A stretch of DNA of 62,030 nt, counting the filler, from Stramenopiles sp. TOSAG23-3 (Eukaryota), in assembly GCA_900128585.1 (NCBI GenBank). It is 5 parts of 5 records of this genome, joined end to end, with 100 filler letters (N's around TTAATTAATTAA, not from the genome) between each part and the next. Parts side by side here need not be neighbours in the genome. Positions count along the whole stretch, not along the records: positions 27,800 to 55,430 come from LT642257.1; positions 55,531 to 57,632 come from LT645075.1; 3 more parts are not named here. One strand, written 5' to 3'. The position numbers and the translations under genes are program-made. The notes under the pieces are model-generated. The model searched no databases. It saw only the letters and a program-made list of their open reading frames with translations, and was not told where the DNA came from. This document shows, one piece after another, positions 47,186-57,732 of the stretch (the stretch's first letter is position 1; each line of letters opens with the position of its first letter).

Positions 47186-49099
47186 ATGAGCTCAAAGATT
47201 GCCCCCGCACAGGGGGATGCTTCATTAGAAGAAGAGTTCGTGCAGGCGCAAAAGGAAATGAAAACCGAAGAGGTCCGGTGCCATGTTATTGCAAGCATCG
47301 GTGAGTTTGCCGTTGGGGTTGTGCTGGTTTGTATATCACTCCCCATGTGGTTGGCGCCGGGTTGCATGACCAGTATGGGAAGCTGCGTGCCAACAATATT
47401 GTTTGCTTGCATCTCCATTGGTGGGATGTTGGATGGAATGAGGCGCATCGTCATGGATACCATAAATGGTAACATAAAAATTGCTTTCGCGGGCTCGAAC
47501 AAGGTATCCGATGAAGCAATGAAGGGGGTGATTCCAGGAGATCCTCGGAGATCGGCCGTGGACCGTGTGCAGAGCATAGGGTTTGCTTCGCTGTCCGCGG
47601 CAGACACCCTAGAATCTCTTATCGAGGAAGGCAGAGTCGTTAAATCGTCCAGAACGCAGAAGCGCCTGCTTTTGGCAGACGCTCGCGTCCGTCTTTTGCA
47701 AGACTTGTTTGCTGCATACACCGAGGGATCTCCGGCCATGGGTTCGATCGATTGCAACGGTCTCATAACGGTTATGGTAGACACCATGGCGGACGGGAAC
47801 TTGGATTCGATCAGCTTGGGGGAGGCAAAACGTTTCATGGCGCGAATTGATAAAAATGGAGACATGCTTCTTCAAAGAGATGAGTTCTACGATTTCATTC
47901 TAAATTTTTGGAAGCGTGAATCGCCATTGTCCACAAACGGTGTGTATGCCGCCGTTGATGACTTGATATTCTCAATGCACAAGAAAAGAGTACACTCCAG
48001 GGCGAGCACGGAGATGCGGGCGTGCGAAGTAACAAAACCCAGACTAGACGGAAAGGTGGAGGAAGACATTTACAAAAATGAAAGGGTAAAGGACATTTTC
48101 AACTACTATGACATCGAGAAAACGGGAAACATTGATTGCAACGGTCTAATGGATTTAATCAAAGACCTTGTGTCTCCATCGGATGGCCTTGGGGATTTGA
48201 CCCTTGCAGAAGTGAAAGCGTTTTTAAACCAAGTAGACGAAAATGGGGACATGCTCTTGCAAGCCGATGAACTTGCGGCCTACTTGTTGGGCGGAAAGTG
48301 GAAGGAATCGGCACCAAAAGCAAAAGCATTTAAAAGTGGAGAACATTTTGTCCAGACACAGTATGAATCATACGCTGAGAAAATTAGAGAACGCTGGAAG
48401 AAATCCACCGGGTTTCTTTCGGACGATAGTCCAAACCAGAACAAAAACAAGGCCGCCGATGACCTCATGAACCAGATGGTACGCGATGGAAAGAAAGAAG
48501 GTGCGGGAGCGAGCGCTCCCGAAAAGCCAAAGGCTTTGCCACCTATTATTGAAAGAAAACTCCGCGACCTTGTGGATACACTATGGGAAGAGTACGATAG
48601 GGACAGCACAGGTGAACTAGATGGTGAGCAATTGCAATTGCTGCTTTCTGATACAATAGCCACGGAAATCCCGAAAGATGAGTGCGACCGATTCATACAG
48701 TGCATTGACACAGATGGCAACACAGGCATAGCAAAGTCCGAGTTTCGAAACTTTTGCGCAGAAGGATTATTCATGCACGAATCCCAAAAGGAGGCGTATA
48801 TTGCACGGAGTACTATGCATAGTCACATTGTAGTATTCTTTACAACAATTGAAAACCAGCTACGCACACGTACTGTTCTAAACGATGCGCCTATTTCGTT
48901 TACTGGGGCAACGCCCAGAAGAGAAGAATTTGATGAAGAAATCGCAGAGGCTGAAGTAGAAGCTTTTGCTAAGGAAGAGGAAGCAAAAGAAAAAAAGCAA
49001 GAAGAAGAGGCTCTTGAAGAGAGTGTTAAGTTGGCGGAGGAAGAACAGACAGCCGAAGCAGAATGTGAGAAAGAAGAACAAAAACTGCCAGAACAGTAA
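47186..49099 (+). CDS. EF-hand protein with two N-terminal TM segments
   Basis: EF loops DKNGDMLLQRDE, DIEKTGNIDCNG, DENGDMLLQADE, DRDSTGELDGEQ, DTDGNTGIAKSE; acidic tail. Confidence 0.85.
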   Translation: MSSKIAPAQGDASLEEEFVQAQKEMKTEEVRCHVIASIGEFAVGVVLVCISLPMWLAPGCMTSMGSCVPTILFACISIGGMLDGMRRIVMDTINGNIKIAFAGSNKVSDEAMKGVIPGDPRRSAVDRVQSIGFASLSAADTLESLIEEGRVVKSSRTQKRLLLADARVRLLQDLFAAYTEGSPAMGSIDCNGLITVMVDTMADGNLDSISLGEAKRFMARIDKNGDMLLQRDEFYDFILNFWKRESPLSTNGVYAAVDDLIFSMHKKRVHSRASTEMRACEVTKPRLDGKVEEDIYKNERVKDIFNYYDIEKTGNIDCNGLMDLIKDLVSPSDGLGDLTLAEVKAFLNQVDENGDMLLQADELAAYLLGGKWKESAPKAKAFKSGEHFVQTQYESYAEKIRERWKKSTGFLSDDSPNQNKNKAADDLMNQMVRDGKKEGAGASAPEKPKALPPIIERKLRDLVDTLWEEYDRDSTGELDGEQLQLLLSDTIATEIPKDECDRFIQCIDTDGNTGIAKSEFRNFCAEGLFMHESQKEAYIARSTMHSHIVVFFTTIENQLRTRTVLNDAPISFTGATPRREEFDEEIAEAEVEAFAKEEEAKEKKQEEEALEESVKLAEEEQTAEAECEKEEQKLPEQ

Positions 49100-49253
49100 A
49101 ATCAGTTTGTTTTGAAAGTATCATATCATATTTATAATTTGTTTTTTCATGTAAAACATACTATGATATATAATTTGTTTCCCGACCGACTTTAAGTGAA
49201 CATAAACATATTATTTCAAGATTAAATCATACTGATATGATAACTCTACTTCT

Positions 49254-51191
49254 TTACATATTTTTTTTTGTCTCAAGTGGTGCCGACGCAGTAGCTTTTA
49301 CGTCGCCCTCCGCTGCTTTCTCCGTTTTTGCCACCTTCTTTTTCTTACGATTAGCCAGCACATTCGAGGCATCACTATTGTTTTTTACCGATGGGCCCTT
49401 CGCGGGGCTTTTGCCTTTCTTACTTTCGTCCGGGGAAGTGCTTTCTACGCCTATGGCAAACCGCTTCTTGTCAACAGGGTAAATCCATCGCTGGTATAAA
49501 AAAATGAAAAACACTATATCATCGCGAAAACAAGATAGCCTGTGCGCCGTCGGCATTTGAATAATAAATGCAAAAAGGTCATCAATAAATGTGTTCAGAG
49601 CCTTATACATAAAAAACTTCCATGGTAACTGAGCTACAGACTTCAATTTATAGTTGATGAAAAGCTGGGGAGTCATTATGATAAAGCCAAACGTATACAC
49701 GACGTACACTGCGCTCGAAATAAACCACCCATAGTACGTTTCGTGCCCGCTGCAAAAAGCAGAATGAAATATAATTGCAAACACAACTGGGTACAAGTAT
49801 CGCCCAAGGTATTTCCCGGCCATATCGTCGAAGTGTTTCGTTCTCTGGATCGCCGCAAGCTCCTCCTTGTCTGACGCGGACAGCTCTCCATCGGTCTGTA
49901 CTATTCCCAATGAAGAGAACAAAAGTTTGTACACTTTCCAAGTCTGAAGAATTATTCCAAACGCCGACGGCACCAAAATTAACATTGAGCCTTTCTCATG
50001 TTGCAAATATGCAACGATCACTATCTGGCAGAATAACGAAGTAACTTGAGACCGAGTCGACAGCCCCCTCTTGGATTTCAAGTTTTTCCAGAATTCAATA
50101 TCACTTTTCATCGCCAATACATCAAACAAAGAGTGCAACAAAGTCACGCACAGCGTCACCACTAATAAATAAGGGTGCGTTTCGGTCAACATTTCCCTAA
50201 TGTCATCAACGTCTTTGTCTTGGGCTCCAAGATTCGTTTCCATCAGTTTCATACTCTGCTCCATGTGCTGTCCTAGGAGCCAGCGACCAATCGCAGCGTT
50301 CGGCTCGAACTTGATTTCTAACGGGAGCTCTTCCACGGAGTTATTCAACGTAATGTACTTTTTGCTTGTCATGCCAACACTATCAACGTACGTAAACGGC
50401 AAGTACTGTCGTCTGTCGGGTACTAGTTGCATCACTTGGCCGATAAGAGGGGGGATTTGGTTTGCTGGATAATCTGTAAAGTCTGCCACCACTTTGAAAC
50501 TCACGGACGGAGTCCAGTGAGGCTTTTTGACCGGGTGAAACGTTTCGCTTCCCGCGGCAAATACGTAGTCAGATACAGACGGAAATACTAGTAATTTCGG
50601 GTCACCGCATACGTTTCTGGTCTTCTCAAACAGTCGAAATTTTGGTTTTGGTGGTGAATAGTCCTTCCTCTTTCCCATGAAGAAAACGTACTTTTTCGTT
50701 GTAAAAAACGAGTCGAAAGTCGTCGTGCCACTTTTGTACACTACGCCGTGGAGGTAAGTTTTGCCTTTGATTGCTTTCTTCCAGAGATACGGGGAAATTC
50801 GTGATGAAGACAAGTTCGTTTTGAATACCACTGGTTCAGTGTCACTGCTGTGCTTGATGTCTTGCGAAGCGAACAAGAAAGAGTAGTGTTTCCCCTGTCC
50901 TTTGCCTTGTATGTCCTGCGGTGGTTTTAAGACTTTATGCAGCGTGTCGCCTGGCAAAGAACTCGGACTAGTAGACAAATAGAAAGCCACATCTAAACTT
51001 TCGTTCTCTTTCCATAATGGTGTATACAGGGTAGGTAGTTTCCCCGTAGCATCTACCGATTTGTAATCAAACCCACTCAAACCGCCTGGAAAAATTAGTG
51101 ACGTAAGTATGTTGCCAAGGCAGACGACATAGATCAAAAACAAAGATACGGACACGCACGTGAAACTGCAAAAAGAAGGGCAGACACCCAT
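49254..51191 (-). CDS. CLPTM1: CLPTM1-family membrane protein
   Basis: ETHPYLLVVT, LAMKSDIEFW, MTPQLFINYKLKSVA, YKALNTFIDDLFAFII, FLYQRWIYPVD. Confidence 0.95.
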   Translation of the reverse strand: MGVCPSFCSFTCVSVSLFLIYVVCLGNILTSLIFPGGLSGFDYKSVDATGKLPTLYTPLWKENESLDVAFYLSTSPSSLPGDTLHKVLKPPQDIQGKGQGKHYSFLFASQDIKHSSDTEPVVFKTNLSSSRISPYLWKKAIKGKTYLHGVVYKSGTTTFDSFFTTKKYVFFMGKRKDYSPPKPKFRLFEKTRNVCGDPKLLVFPSVSDYVFAAGSETFHPVKKPHWTPSVSFKVVADFTDYPANQIPPLIGQVMQLVPDRRQYLPFTYVDSVGMTSKKYITLNNSVEELPLEIKFEPNAAIGRWLLGQHMEQSMKLMETNLGAQDKDVDDIREMLTETHPYLLVVTLCVTLLHSLFDVLAMKSDIEFWKNLKSKRGLSTRSQVTSLFCQIVIVAYLQHEKGSMLILVPSAFGIILQTWKVYKLLFSSLGIVQTDGELSASDKEELAAIQRTKHFDDMAGKYLGRYLYPVVFAIIFHSAFCSGHETYYGWFISSAVYVVYTFGFIIMTPQLFINYKLKSVAQLPWKFFMYKALNTFIDDLFAFIIQMPTAHRLSCFRDDIVFFIFLYQRWIYPVDKKRFAIGVESTSPDESKKGKSPAKGPSVKNNSDASNVLANRKKKKVAKTEKAAEGDVKATASAPLETKKNM

Positions 51192-51798
51192 TGTTGTTCG
51201 TTTTGGTGTTTATGGGGCACTCAATATACCAACCTTCTTGTGGGGTTAGATTCGGCAACGAATGAGTTAAGTGGTAAAGTAGTGAAATTGTAGGTCTACA
51301 AAGTTTTATTGTCTATGATGTTATGTATGACAACTGCAAAGAGTTTGGGGCAGTTTGGCTAAACCATACCAAGTTAAGGGTATGTGTTACGAACTAATAT
51401 TTGTATGTAGTCCAAATTGCATAATAATAATTATTATATATTTTTTTTTTTAAACAAAGAAGATACGACTGATGATGATGACGACGACGAATAATAATAA
51501 TATTGATGATGATATGATGGTTAGTTGGTTCAAGAAAATATTATTATTTTGATTATTAGCTCTCTATGGACGACAAATAGGAACGGGCCGGTAGTTCACA
51601 TTGTGATGCTGTATTATTAGTAAAATTAGTTTTTGTGGTGGTGGGGCTGTGAGAGTTCCCCTGTACCGGTAGGTATTACTCACAACTCACAAAAATGCGT
51701 AGGGGGGTAAAATATATTTTTAGGTAGATTGAATACTACATTGGTAGGCATTAAAGAAAATATACAACGCACGAGAGATTAAATCGTGCCGATGGCAA

Positions 51799-53301
51799 CT
51801 ATCGCTTTGCTCGTTTCTCTGCTGCTTCTTTTTCTGCCATATTCTTTTTGTGTTGTTTCTTTCCTAATGCGACTGCCCTGTCAAACGCTGCTTTCAACTG
51901 CTTGTTTTTTTCGTCTAATTTCAATGCACTCCAGAACGCGGACGCTGCGTCAATAAAATTGTCCATTGCTTGGTACGCTTGTCCTACACGATAATGGGCT
52001 TTCAACCATTCGGGTTTTAATTTTTGACAAATTAAGGCATCCCGAAGCGCGTGCTGTTTCTGTCCTGCGCCTAAAAAGGCCGCAGATCGGTTGCTCCAGA
52101 GCACTTCGTTGCGTCCGTGCAACGAAATAGCTTCGGTGTACTTTTCAATTGCCTTTATGTACTCTTTCGAAACAATAAACATGTTCCCTTCGGACTTCAG
52201 CTCCTGAGCTTTAGCTTTGTCCTCTTCGGACTTTGCATCCATAGTCAACTGCTGGAAAGACTCGATGCTTTCGAGACCTTTCAGATTATAAACATTTGCC
52301 GAGTCATTACTGGAAGATTTCTTTTCAGCCGCTGCGAGAGCAGCTGCCTTGGCTTTTTTGTCCTCCGCTTCTTTGTTCATCCTCCCACTCTCTAGCAAAC
52401 TGCTAACAGTCGCGCCGCTCGCGAGAGAAAGTTTGGAGTGCTCATACAACACCTCCACCACAGCCTTATTGCCTTGGTTTGCTGCCAGCATAATTGGCAG
52501 GTGCCCGTCTTTCGTTTTCAATAGGGCGCACTTTTTCCCCGTCGACGTGCTCATTAGCGCTGTGACTGCTACTTCTGCCTCTTTCGGGTCCTCCATTTCT
52601 GCGGACATGTGCATCACCGTGATACCACCGCCAAGAAGAGTTCCCGAATCAGCATTCCCGTCCACCAGCGCGGCGACGCAAGAGCCGCAGCCACTTGCAG
52701 CTGCAATAATGATTGGTGTAAGTCCTTGCGCGTCCGCTCCATTTGGCTTTGCCCCCTGCTTTAAAAGTTCCTTCACAACTGGCTCGTATCCCTGCGATGC
52801 CGCAAAATGAAGAGGAGTCCCAGCTTCGCTCTTCGCGTTCGGGTCGGCCCCATTTTCACACAAAAACTTAACTAGGATTGGGTTGTCAACGTGCTGCATT
52901 GGGCGAACGCCTGAGTCATTTTTTGCGTCGGCCTTGGCGCCTGCTTTTACCAATATCTGTGCAACACTTAAATGACCCCCACGACACGCCATGTGCAGGG
53001 CGGTGTTCCCGGCACTGTCCTTCTCGCCTACAATTTTCGGCGCAATTTTAAGTATGTATTCGCACGCTTCGGCACGGCCCATCGCGGCGGCGAAGTGCAG
53101 GCAGTTCTTCCCCGTTGCCTCCTTATTTGACATAAACGCCGTCTCCCCCTTCTTATCACCTCCATCTTCGCGAACTATATCCTTCAAGGCTTTTACATCC
53201 CCTGCCCTGGCCGCATTCAAATATTTTTTCACACGCTCCCGCAACTCTTGCGCTTGCCCCGCGGCAGCCTTCTTCCTCTGTTCCTCTGTAAGGGCACTCA
53301 T
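51799..53301 (-). CDS. Ankyrin-repeat + TPR protein
   Basis: GNTALHMAC, GTPLHFAA and GLTPIIIAA ankyrins; chaperone-type TPR (KSEGN...YTEAI...SNRSAA...KAHYR). Confidence 0.9.
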   Translation of the reverse strand: MSALTEEQRKKAAAGQAQELRERVKKYLNAARAGDVKALKDIVREDGGDKKGETAFMSNKEATGKNCLHFAAAMGRAEACEYILKIAPKIVGEKDSAGNTALHMACRGGHLSVAQILVKAGAKADAKNDSGVRPMQHVDNPILVKFLCENGADPNAKSEAGTPLHFAASQGYEPVVKELLKQGAKPNGADAQGLTPIIIAAASGCGSCVAALVDGNADSGTLLGGGITVMHMSAEMEDPKEAEVAVTALMSTSTGKKCALLKTKDGHLPIMLAANQGNKAVVEVLYEHSKLSLASGATVSSLLESGRMNKEAEDKKAKAAALAAAEKKSSSNDSANVYNLKGLESIESFQQLTMDAKSEEDKAKAQELKSEGNMFIVSKEYIKAIEKYTEAISLHGRNEVLWSNRSAAFLGAGQKQHALRDALICQKLKPEWLKAHYRVGQAYQAMDNFIDAASAFWSALKLDEKNKQLKAAFDRAVALGKKQHKKNMAEKEAAEKRAKR

Positions 53302-53898
53302 GGTTAGCTGTAGATCTTTCGCTGTGTCGGAACAGAAATCGAATTCAATCAATTTACATATACACAGTATGGTTTTATTACTGGTGTTTTTCACTTAGCA
53401 GTTGTTTCTTGGTCACTTCCTGTGAAGAAGATGTAAAGTCTTATGTGAAGAGAAGAGATTTTCTGTTTTCTAATTTGCTTTTTTGACGACTCTGATAATA
53501 CATTATTATTAAGATGAGGAGATGAGACGCTGCTTCTTTTTGATGATATGGATGGTGGGCGCGGGAGGGGAAAACCCTCATCTTAACCTTACTTGTATTT
53601 ATCTTATTTTTTACGTACTTGTTTTCAAATACTAATAGTGTACAGAAGTGCCAATAGGCTTCTTCCCAATAATTCTGCTGATAAAATTCCAAAAATCCCG
53701 GTAGGATCCCCAATTTAGGCAAAATCCAAGTCCGTTGTCTTTGAAAAGAATGGGAAACTGGTATTTAAGGTGTTAAATCCGTCCGACAACAATCTATTCG
53801 AGGACGTCCTTTCAAAAGAGGCTGAATGGAGGTTTCAAGAAGTCAACAGCCAATGCATTATTACTGTGGATTCCAGCAACATGATTGTGTATCTGAAG

Positions 53899-55029
53899 TT
53901 AAGAACTAAAGGAATGCTTCTTTAAGAAGGCAACGCGCTCCTGTGAATTTGCCACTCTATTCTCTGGCGATGGCGGAAACGTTGCAAACATCTGCAACGT
54001 CCATTTCCCAAAAGGACAAGCGTTGGCAACAGACAACCCACCGTGCCAAGATCGCGGGTCAGGTTCTGCCGTGTCCAACGTCACATTGTAGAACATAACG
54101 GCTTCTCCAGAGACGGGTGTAGTAGTCACTCCGCTTTTCCCCGCTGCAGAGGCTAGGTAGGCCGCACTAACGGTTCCAGGCACCATGCCGACATCTATTT
54201 CTCCTTCCGCTCCTGTAACAACATCGATGGCATCGGAAGTGCACGTTATGCCCGCTTTCAACAAATGCGCACCCGCGTCTTGCAAATTCATAATTTTCGA
54301 CGGCGCTCCAGTCTCTGGGTCATAATCTTCCACACCACCCGATGATTCCTCTTCGTTGCTACTGTGGTTTTCGTAGGCGGACTCAGCAGCGCATGGCCAC
54401 GTCGTGCTGCCCCCCATTCCTGCCGGTAGGGTGTTCAAGTAGACCAACACAGTCGCCCAGCGATCTCCATTCCCATTGTTTTGATCGACGTGCAACCCAA
54501 TCGATGGTGAATTCGTGGAGACTGCCTCTGGAGCCGAGAACGTAATTTGACAACGAGAGGGCGACTCCTGGAAGTGGATATCAAACACTGTTCCTGCACG
54601 CAAACGCACCACTTCAAGCAGACGTTTTGCATGACAATTTCCAGATCCAGCTAGATCATCCAAACAGACACTGGTTTTCGTCCGGTGCGTGGTATCAGGG
54701 TTCCACAGCTTCGGGACCTCAGCCTCCATCGACGCCAGCGCAATGAGTTCTGCGCATTCCTCTTGGCTTAAAAAGTCCTTCGAATAGAAAATTGACTTGG
54801 AGAGACGAGTCGGTTCCGACGCCACCATTGCAGCAGAGGCGGTATCATTTGAATACCTGGCATCAACATCAGCCCGTGCAATTTCCCAAGCCCGAAACTG
54901 TTTTGTCCATTGTTCTCGACATTCGGATTCATGGGCTTTATCAGGCGGAAAGCGAAGTCGTTGCTGAACGTTTTGAGTCAAGAACACGGAAAGGTCGACC
55001 CCTTTCGGCAGCGGGGTCCCAGCACTCAT
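53899..55029 (-). CDS. Prolyl-4-hydroxylase-like 2OG-Fe(II) oxygenase
   Basis: DFLSQEEC, LHVD, ATVLVYLN, GGSTTWP, GEAVMFYN, DPRSWHGG and GKW motifs. Confidence 0.85.
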   Translation of the reverse strand: MSAGTPLPKGVDLSVFLTQNVQQRLRFPPDKAHESECREQWTKQFRAWEIARADVDARYSNDTASAAMVASEPTRLSKSIFYSKDFLSQEECAELIALASMEAEVPKLWNPDTTHRTKTSVCLDDLAGSGNCHAKRLLEVVRLRAGTVFDIHFQESPSRCQITFSAPEAVSTNSPSIGLHVDQNNGNGDRWATVLVYLNTLPAGMGGSTTWPCAAESAYENHSSNEEESSGGVEDYDPETGAPSKIMNLQDAGAHLLKAGITCTSDAIDVVTGAEGEIDVGMVPGTVSAAYLASAAGKSGVTTTPVSGEAVMFYNVTLDTAEPDPRSWHGGLSVANACPFGKWTLQMFATFPPSPENRVANSQERVAFLKKHSFSS

Positions 55030-55430
55030 GCTTTGACACCGTGATGTTCAACCCTAGACGATTGTTATAAATGGAAAAGTGGGAAAGCAACAATTGTTAA
55101 GTCACATCGTAGTGGTTTTGTACTTACACAATGTATAATTCTTGGACGTACGATGCTCGGTCACGCACCTCTGCTGAATTTTTTATTATTATTATACCTA
55201 TATGGGATGACTTACCATGCAACCACTCTTCTGTACGTTATTCCGAACTTCTTGTATGATGATGAGGCGAAAGAAGAAAAGAAGCGGTAATTTTTTTAGC
55301 CGCCGTTTTGATGATAATAATAATAATACAACACACTATGCCTATAATAATAATTATTGCTCCTTATATGACGTTATATTTCTTGGCTTAATTACTACAC
55401 TGGTCGCTGCGTGGGCTGCATCACTTTTGA

Positions 55431-55530
55431 NNNNNNNNNNNNNNNNNNNNNNNNNNNNNNNNNNNNNNNNNNNNTTAATTAATTAANNNNNNNNNNNNNN
55501 NNNNNNNNNNNNNNNNNNNNNNNNNNNNNN
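55431..55530. other. Artificial contig linker
   Basis: N44-TTAATTAATTAA-N44. Confidence 0.98.
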
Positions 55531-55531
55531 G

Positions 55532-55732
55532 AGCCCCAGCCAGTAACACATTATGTGTTGCTGTCAACTGTATTTAATTTACTGTGTAGAAGTATATAAT
55601 AATAGTATTATTTCAACTGACCATAATGTTTCGGATATATTCACTAAGAATATGAATAAGCACCAACAGGCATACCACTCACAGGTATTCTGGAAATGTT
55701 TAGGTAATGTACCATTAGAACCACAAGATTAA
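55532..55732 (+). pseudogene. Degenerate Ty1/Copia-like RNase H C-terminal remnant
   Basis: Frame from 55532 reads SPSQ*HIMCC...ISTDHNVSDIFTKNM, resembling Copia KHI...T..N.ADIFTK.L. TGTTGA follows the stop at 55735. Confidence 0.45.
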
Positions 55733-56448
55733 AGTGTTGAGTCTTAAGTGATTCCTCTGAAACCTTGTATGGACTTTTAGTAAGCAATTTACCAAATCCA
55801 AAAACCAGGTATTTGTATATATATAATATATGTTTGATTTGAGATGTTAATGTCTGGGAGTAAAAGAAATTTATATAATATATATGAGTAAGAGAAAATT
55901 TTATATATATACCGTAAATTATATTCGTATTGTACATCATACACACATGCACAATACATAGAGAGACACGAGTATGTATTACATTCACTCCTCCGTTTTT
56001 TTACTTCTTACTTCTCCTCTTCTTACAAAAATTCGAGACGAAATTCTACATGAACTGCATGTAATCACAAAATCACCCCAATCTTGTGTTTTTGTTGAAT
56101 GCATCAATAATTGTAAAATTGAACTAAAAAAATGGTAGGACAAAAAAAAAATAAAAACAAATAAAAAACAGACAATAAAAAATAAAAATTTGTATAGACT
56201 GCCCAATTACGACATACTTTTCTTCATAGTAAAAAAGAATAAAGAAGCATATATCTGTTTTAAAATAAGTATACCACAGGTAAACTACGAATCGTATAAT
56301 TATTTTTAGAATCTATTTTTACCGTATCTGTTTATGTGTACTCGTATACCTCTATCCATTAAATAAAACGCTATGGGTAAAGTTGCGTCTAGAAATCTAC
56401 CACCCGCGTCAGCTATATTAAAAATTTTGTAAAAAATATTTTTCAGTC

Positions 56449-57223
56449 TTACAGTAATATTTTACTATCAATATATTTAACAAACTTCCATGCTTGCATT
56501 AACATCAAACCATAACAAATATATGTGGTAACAAAAAGTGGAACAAGGCCGCCATATCCTTTTTGCGTTGCATAAAAAAATATCACATCTGCTACACGAT
56601 CAGGAAATTGTGATAATAATGGTACAATAACATTTGCTGGAAGACCCAATACATTTGCAACAATATATCTTGTTTTTGGATAAGGCGATTTGATAGCATG
56701 GATAATTGCATCATCCGTCACCGTTGTTGGAGAAGCCGTGTTCAATACTTTTTTCATAGTTTCTTTTCTATTGGCAAATACATGGTTATATAATTTATAT
56801 TCTTCATTGGTTAATGTAGCAGTTGGGTCATTTCCACCAGTACTTTTATCAAAAATTTTTGATTCGACATATGCTGGTTCGACTAAAGCTACACTGACAC
56901 CATGTGGATATAATTCTCTTCTTAAACAATCACTGAAAGCCTCTACAGCGTGTTTTGTCCCATGGTACGTGGATCCTCCCGCAACAGCAGTCAAGCCAGC
57001 AACGGACCCTATGTTAATTACTCTACCTTTGTTCAAACGTAACAAAGGCAAAAATTCTCTTGTTACATCCATTAAACCAAAAACATTCACACCATAAACA
57101 AACCTAATCGTTTCCTTTGGTTGTAATTCAACGGGTAAATCACGCGATACACCAGCATTATTCACCAAAGCGATAAATTTCTTCCCAGTTTCTTCAACCA
57201 CAAGTTTTCATAGAGTCGTCTAT
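56449..57223 (-). CDS. Short-chain dehydrogenase/reductase, 5'-truncated
   Basis: LVNNAG, VNVFG, GRVINIGS, YHGTK (YxxxK) and VALVEP motifs; the N-terminal TGxxxGxG motif is missing. Confidence 0.82.
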
Positions 57224-57632
57224 TTAAGCAGTCATATTTTTCAATAAATTTAAAGGGTTTGTCTTTTTCATCGTAGCCTTCTTTTCTATTATTTCCTTTT
57301 GTTGACGTACTTCTTCTGTAACAGTAGTTACATTACTATCATTTTCAACCAATGCATTACTTTTTTTATTAGCAACAACGCTAACGCTACCATCGCTACC
57401 ACTATTATTACTATTTTCTTTACTATTTTTATTCTTCTTATGTTTACCAGTTCCCATTATTTCATCAGATGATTCTTGTGTAAATGCGCGTATTAATGCA
57501 CCATCATTTTTACTTGTACGAGTAAATCCTTTGATCATATCTAATGACGAGCCAGCTCCATTGTAATGGGCAGTAGCATGTATAACTTCACTAAGCGCTT
57601 TACGTTGTTTCTCCAAACTTTCCCCTTTCTTT
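57224..57632 (-). CDS. 3' fragment of an unknown AT-rich coding sequence
   Basis: Frame open from the contig edge to the stop at 57224; family not recognised. Confidence 0.5.
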
Positions 57633-57732
57633 NNNNNNNNNNNNNNNNNNNNNNNNNNNNNNNNNNNNNNNNNNNNTTAATTAATTAANNNNNNNNNNNN
57701 NNNNNNNNNNNNNNNNNNNNNNNNNNNNNNNN
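57633..57732. other. Artificial contig linker
   Basis: N44-TTAATTAATTAA-N44. Confidence 0.98.

Noticed and set aside
53719..53925. ATG-less 68-codon plus-strand frame (AKSKSVVFEKNGKLVF...)
   Set aside because: It has no start codon and no recognisable motif, and overlaps the P4H stop antisense. It could be a relic but is unsupported.
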